DNA from: a virus
Taxonomy: Duplodnaviria > Caudoviricetes
Virus record (IMG/VR): IMGVR_UViG_3300012942_000041
Span: 1-64,000 of that record
Reading direction: 5' to 3' (one strand)
DNA length: 64,000 bases
Shown piece after piece: positions 62,741 through 64,000 of the stretch; the first letter of the stretch is position 1; the number at the start of each line of letters is the position of its first letter. A model generated the notes under the pieces. The model was not told the origin of the DNA, searched no databases, and worked only from the letters and a program-made list of their open reading frames with translations. The position numbers were made by a program, and so were the translations under genes.

Positions 62741-63469
62741 TCAGTCCTGGTCGGCGGACTGCTCCCGCTTGCGAGCCTTGTAAGCGCGGCCTTTGGCCAG
62801 AGCACAGGCGCGGCAGCTGCGCCAGCCTCTGCGGTCACGCTTGGTGTTCTCCTCGTCGAACGGATGACCGTTGACGCAGTGGGTTCGGTCCTGCGGCAGA
62901 GGGAGTACCTCGCGCCCGAGCGCCGCAGCCGCTTCACGTACACGCCGTCTGTCGCCTTCACGGCGACACTCCCGACACGCCCGGCCGCCTTCCTTCCGCA
63001 TGTGCAGCGCGTCACCCACGAGCGGATGCCCGTTGACACAGGCAGTCCGGGCGGCGTGCACCGCAGCGAAAGAGAGACTGGACAGGACGTTGTCCCGGGG
63101 ACTGAGCAACCGCAGGTGAGCCGGGTTCACGCAGCGGCGATGCTCGCACGTCTTGCCGCCTTTGCAGGTGTTGTCCGCGATGGCCCTCGTGTGGCATTCG
63201 TGGTCAACGTGCATGTCGTCGGGGATGGGGCCGTTGAAGATCATGAAGGCCAAGCGGTGGGCTTTGACTGTGCGCTGACGGACCTTGGTGACCGGGTAAC
63301 CACTCTCGTCCGTGGCCGCCGTCCAGAGCCAGCACCCAGCTGAGCTGACGCTGATCTTGGCGACGAAGCGCGCCATGACCTCTGCGGTGGCGACACGCAA
63401 CGTGCCATCTCGGAGGGCGAATTCCACGGGCTGCCAGTCCTGCAGGAAGTCTTGAGGCAATGGGTTCAC
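62741..63469 (-). CDS. HNH (HNH_3-type) endonuclease with two C-terminal CxNGH zinc motifs
   Basis: GCWLW..AHRLAF..VDHEC..CVNPAHL..N; two CVNGH..CRxC motifs. Confidence 0.9.
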   Translation of the reverse strand: MNPLPQDFLQDWQPVEFALRDGTLRVATAEVMARFVAKISVSSAGCWLWTAATDESGYPVTKVRQRTVKAHRLAFMIFNGPIPDDMHVDHECHTRAIADNTCKGGKTCEHRRCVNPAHLRLLSPRDNVLSSLSFAAVHAARTACVNGHPLVGDALHMRKEGGRACRECRREGDRRRVREAAAALGREVLPLPQDRTHCVNGHPFDEENTKRDRRGWRSCRACALAKGRAYKARKREQSADQD

Positions 63470-63492
63470 GGATGGTCCTTGTCGGAGCAGTT

Positions 63493-63843
63493 TCAGGCGG
63501 CGGTGGCGAAGATGCGGGCGGCGGCGGAGTGGTAGCAGCGCCGGCCCTTGAGCCCGGCCGGGCAGGAGCACTGGCCGGTGGCGGCGGTGCGGTGGACGGA
63601 CAGGCCGTCGGTGGAGACGACCAGGAAGACCCGGTTGCTGCGCAGGGGGAGGATCCCGCCGTCCTCGATCAGTTCGCGGGCGGCGTCGATCTGCTCGGGC
63701 TTGAAGCCGGTGAGGTCGGTGGCGTGTTCGGCGTTGCGGACGATGCGGCGGCAGTGGGTGCCGTAGCCGGTCTTGCGGGAGTCGGCGGAGCGGAGGACGC
63801 GACCGCAGCGGAGGCAGTGGGTGTGGGTTGCGGTGGCGTTCAT
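63493..63843 (-). CDS. DUF6011 + SWIM zinc-finger protein; first gene of the leftward early operon
   Basis: CLRCGRVL..GYGTHC and CSCPAG..CYH. Confidence 0.8.
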   Translation of the reverse strand: MNATATHTHCLRCGRVLRSADSRKTGYGTHCRRIVRNAEHATDLTGFKPEQIDAARELIEDGGILPLRSNRVFLVVSTDGLSVHRTAATGQCSCPAGLKGRRCYHSAAARIFATAA

Positions 63844-63865
63844 TCTGGGCTCCCCCCGTTCCTCG

Positions 63866-63994
63866 GGTGTATCTCCACCCGACGTATCCAAGGTAGACCT
63901 GGTGTATCTCCACCGCAAGCGTTTCGGCAAAGAATCTTGTATCTACACCCGCCCACTTCCCCCATTGCCTGGTGGAGATACGCCCCGCTACCTT
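63866..63994. promoter_or_regulatory. Divergent promoters with four 14-bp operators at exact 35-bp spacing
   Basis: GGTGTATCTCCACC at 63866 and 63901; CTTGTATCTACACC at 63936; inverted copy at 63971. Leftward TTGCGG-N17-TACCTT and rightward TTGCCT-N18-TACCTT. Confidence 0.8.
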
Positions 63995-64000
63995 GGAGCC

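Larger units (their letters stand above)
76..64000. mobile_element. Temperate siphovirus prophage, continuing beyond the right edge
   Basis: Terminase, portal, protease, capsid, tail, tape-measure and lysis genes in canonical order, followed by replication and early genes. Confidence 0.95.

Noticed and set aside
63866-63984. 35-bp periodic repeat as a mini-CRISPR array
   Set aside because: Repeats are only 14 bp, one is inverted, they overlap promoter elements, and no cas genes are present; operators explain it better

Overview
High-GC actinobacterial DNA (Streptomycetaceae-like). Almost the whole window is one temperate siphovirus prophage, starting at about nt 76 and running off the right edge; no integrase or repressor is visible here. 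The first ~75 nt encode the C-terminal part of a 3-hydroxybutyryl-CoA dehydrogenase (..YEYKEPLYAAPPLLQRMVDAGLL..), so the left junction lies inside that host gene. From left to right the window holds: small regulators and accessory genes (0.3-3.4 kb); lysis genes (3.7-6.7 kb); tail, head and packaging genes on the minus strand (6.7-28.3 kb); a candidate head-fibre gene trio and late-control genes (28.3-33.7 kb); and a Streptomyces-plasmid-type conjugation module (34-42 kb). That module has a GntR/UTRA TraR-like repressor, a FtsK-family TraB, Spd-like membrane proteins, a free FtsK-gamma domain, and an 11-bp-phased repeat array right behind traB that looks like a clt site. Next come a HicAB-like pair and an imiditide-type RiPP cassette (41-aa precursor plus PIMT homologue, 42-44.4 kb). 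The early region (44.5-64 kb) carries two EndoVII paralogues, an initiator with internal iterons, PAPS-reductase-like, MmcB-like and RNA-ligase-like genes, and a chimeric AcrIII-1/DUF1874 ring nuclease. At the right edge is a four-operator, 35-bp-periodic switch with divergent promoters. All family calls come from motif recognition by eye; no database searches were run.
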